This document shows positions 62,620 to 64,000 of a stretch of DNA of 64,000 nucleotides, one piece after another. The position numbers and the translations under genes were made by a program. Position 1 is the first letter of the stretch. Every line of letters begins with the position of its first letter. The notes under the pieces were generated by a model. The model was not told the origin of the DNA. It worked only from the letters and a program-made list of their open reading frames with translations, and ran no database searches. The DNA is from Carcharhinus amblyrhynchos. Taxonomy: Eukaryota. Location of the stretch: positions 13,268,001-13,332,000 of the forward strand of contig OZ336894.1 in the NCBI GenBank assembly GCA_965287045.1, given 5' to 3'.

Positions 62620-63560
62620 ACTGCCTAAAGCTGAACCAAACCATTCACAACCTTAATGTCAGTTTTGATTCATAGATGAACAACCACATAAACACCATAA
62701 GACTGCCTACTTCCACTGCTACAACATCATCTGTCCCTCTCAATTCATCTTCTCCTGAAACTCACATCCATTGCCTTTCATGCATCCTGACTTTGCTATT
62801 CTAATCCCCTCCTGACCAGCTTTCCATCTCCTACTCTACCTGTTCACATTGTGCCAATCACCTTTCACATTAATTTAGGAGAGATAGTGGCATGCTAGTA
62901 ATGTAGAGGTCCAGCCTAATACTCTGGGAGCAACGTTTCAGTTTCCACCATTGCAGCCAGTGAATTTAGAATCAATTAATAAAACCTAGAATAGTGGCAA
63001 TAAAACTGTTGTTGATCATTGTTAAAAACCCAGTCTGAAATGACCCAGCAAGCCACTCGGTTCAAGGGCAATTAGGGCCAGGCAACAATGATGGCCTGAC
63101 CAGTGCTATCCATATCTCATGAAATAATTTTTAAAAATCGTCTTGCGCAATTTGACTTGCATTGGTTTTCATACTGGCAACATCTCGTTTTTAAATTCCT
63201 CATCCTTTTCAAGTATTTTCACAACCTCATCCCTCCCTATATTTATAACTACCTCTGGCCCTACAAATCCTGGAGATCTCTGTATTCCTCAAATTCTTGT
63301 ACATCCTGATTTCTATCACTTCATCCTTGGAAACCATATCTTACAGTTGCCTTGACTTGAAGCTCTGGAATTCCATCCCTAAACATCTCTACCTCTCATT
63401 CACTCTCTCCTCTTTTAAGATTTTCTTTATGTAAAATTTTTAAACAAGCTCTTGATCATCTGTCCTATCCAGTTAGAGTCCAATTTGTTTGGTAATGCCC
63501 CTTGAAGCGCCTTAGAACATTTTACATCAGAGGGGCTGTATACATGCAAGTTTTTATTTA
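62620..63560 (+). mobile_element. L2-like 3' fragment with a second-family tRNA SINE (~62878-63130) inserted
   Basis: TAAGACTGCCTACTTCCAC...AAGCTCTGGAATTCCATCCCTAAAC...TACATGCAAGTT tail. Confidence 0.65.
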
Positions 63561-64000
63561 ACAGGTGCATACTTTTTTTAATTTTAATTTTCCTTAAAAG
63601 GTGCCATTTACAGGGTTTCTTCTATTTCAGCAAGTATCAATCAGAAACTCAGCAGTTAGTTTTAACTCAGTGAAGCCTGAAGCAAGTGCCACGCTTGAAG
63701 GATGGAAAGGAAGCAAGGGCTGATTTTAATATTTTGCATCTATCTTTTACGCATTGGGTAGTGGGCATGGAATAATGTGCCATCAAGATTGGCAGGTGCA
63801 AGTGGAAATTGGGGTAAAGAGGCTGAATCCCCCTCCGGGACCTAAGGGAACAATCCCCAACATTAGATAAGCACTAGGCAGAAAGGTGGTTAGAGACAAA
63901 AAAGGCAGGAGAAACCCAAGATTGTTTCTAGTTCCCAGAGTAGCAACTCCTGAACAGTAAAAGTTTAACCTACCTTGGTTCTTTCTGGCCAGTGCTACCT

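Noticed and set aside
23274-64000. Further CFAP77 coding exons
   Set aside because: I found no segment encoding the expected next peptide (approximately AELGKPR...LPG..F.YG, recalled). Acceptor-like sites at ~36519 and ~56200 gave no match. A small diverged exon could have been missed by eye.

Overview
This is eukaryotic DNA. Its repeat content (HE1/V-SINE-type tRNA SINEs, CR1 and L2 LINEs, Penelope-like remnants) points to a shark. Two genes sit head-to-head around a compact promoter at ~21.4-21.5 kb. On the minus strand is the 5' part of TTF1 (RNA polymerase I termination factor, Myb family). It has a putative non-coding exon 1, a ~3 kb exon 2, and four Myb-domain exons that splice in frame (2977+186+79+131+229 nt); the 3' exons lie left of the window. 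On the plus strand is the first coding exon of CFAP77 (ciliary microtubule protein, C9orf171), followed by a >40 kb intron. That intron is filled with transposons and several repeat-free, motif-dense blocks that may be enhancers. The main unusual observations are: (1) a frame-preserving array of ~11 Lys-rich ~40-aa repeats with higher-order structure in the TTF1 N-terminus; (2) a promoter packing tandem ETS, DR1 and RFX X-box motifs within ~85 bp; (3) a possible 1-nt frameshift and a local duplication at the CFAP77 5' end; (4) minimal hammerhead-ribozyme motifs in Penelope remnants; (5) a SINE-LINE chimeric insertion. Gene and repeat identities come from recalled family knowledge, not database searches, and repeat boundaries are approximate. 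I found no convincing wholly new gene system.
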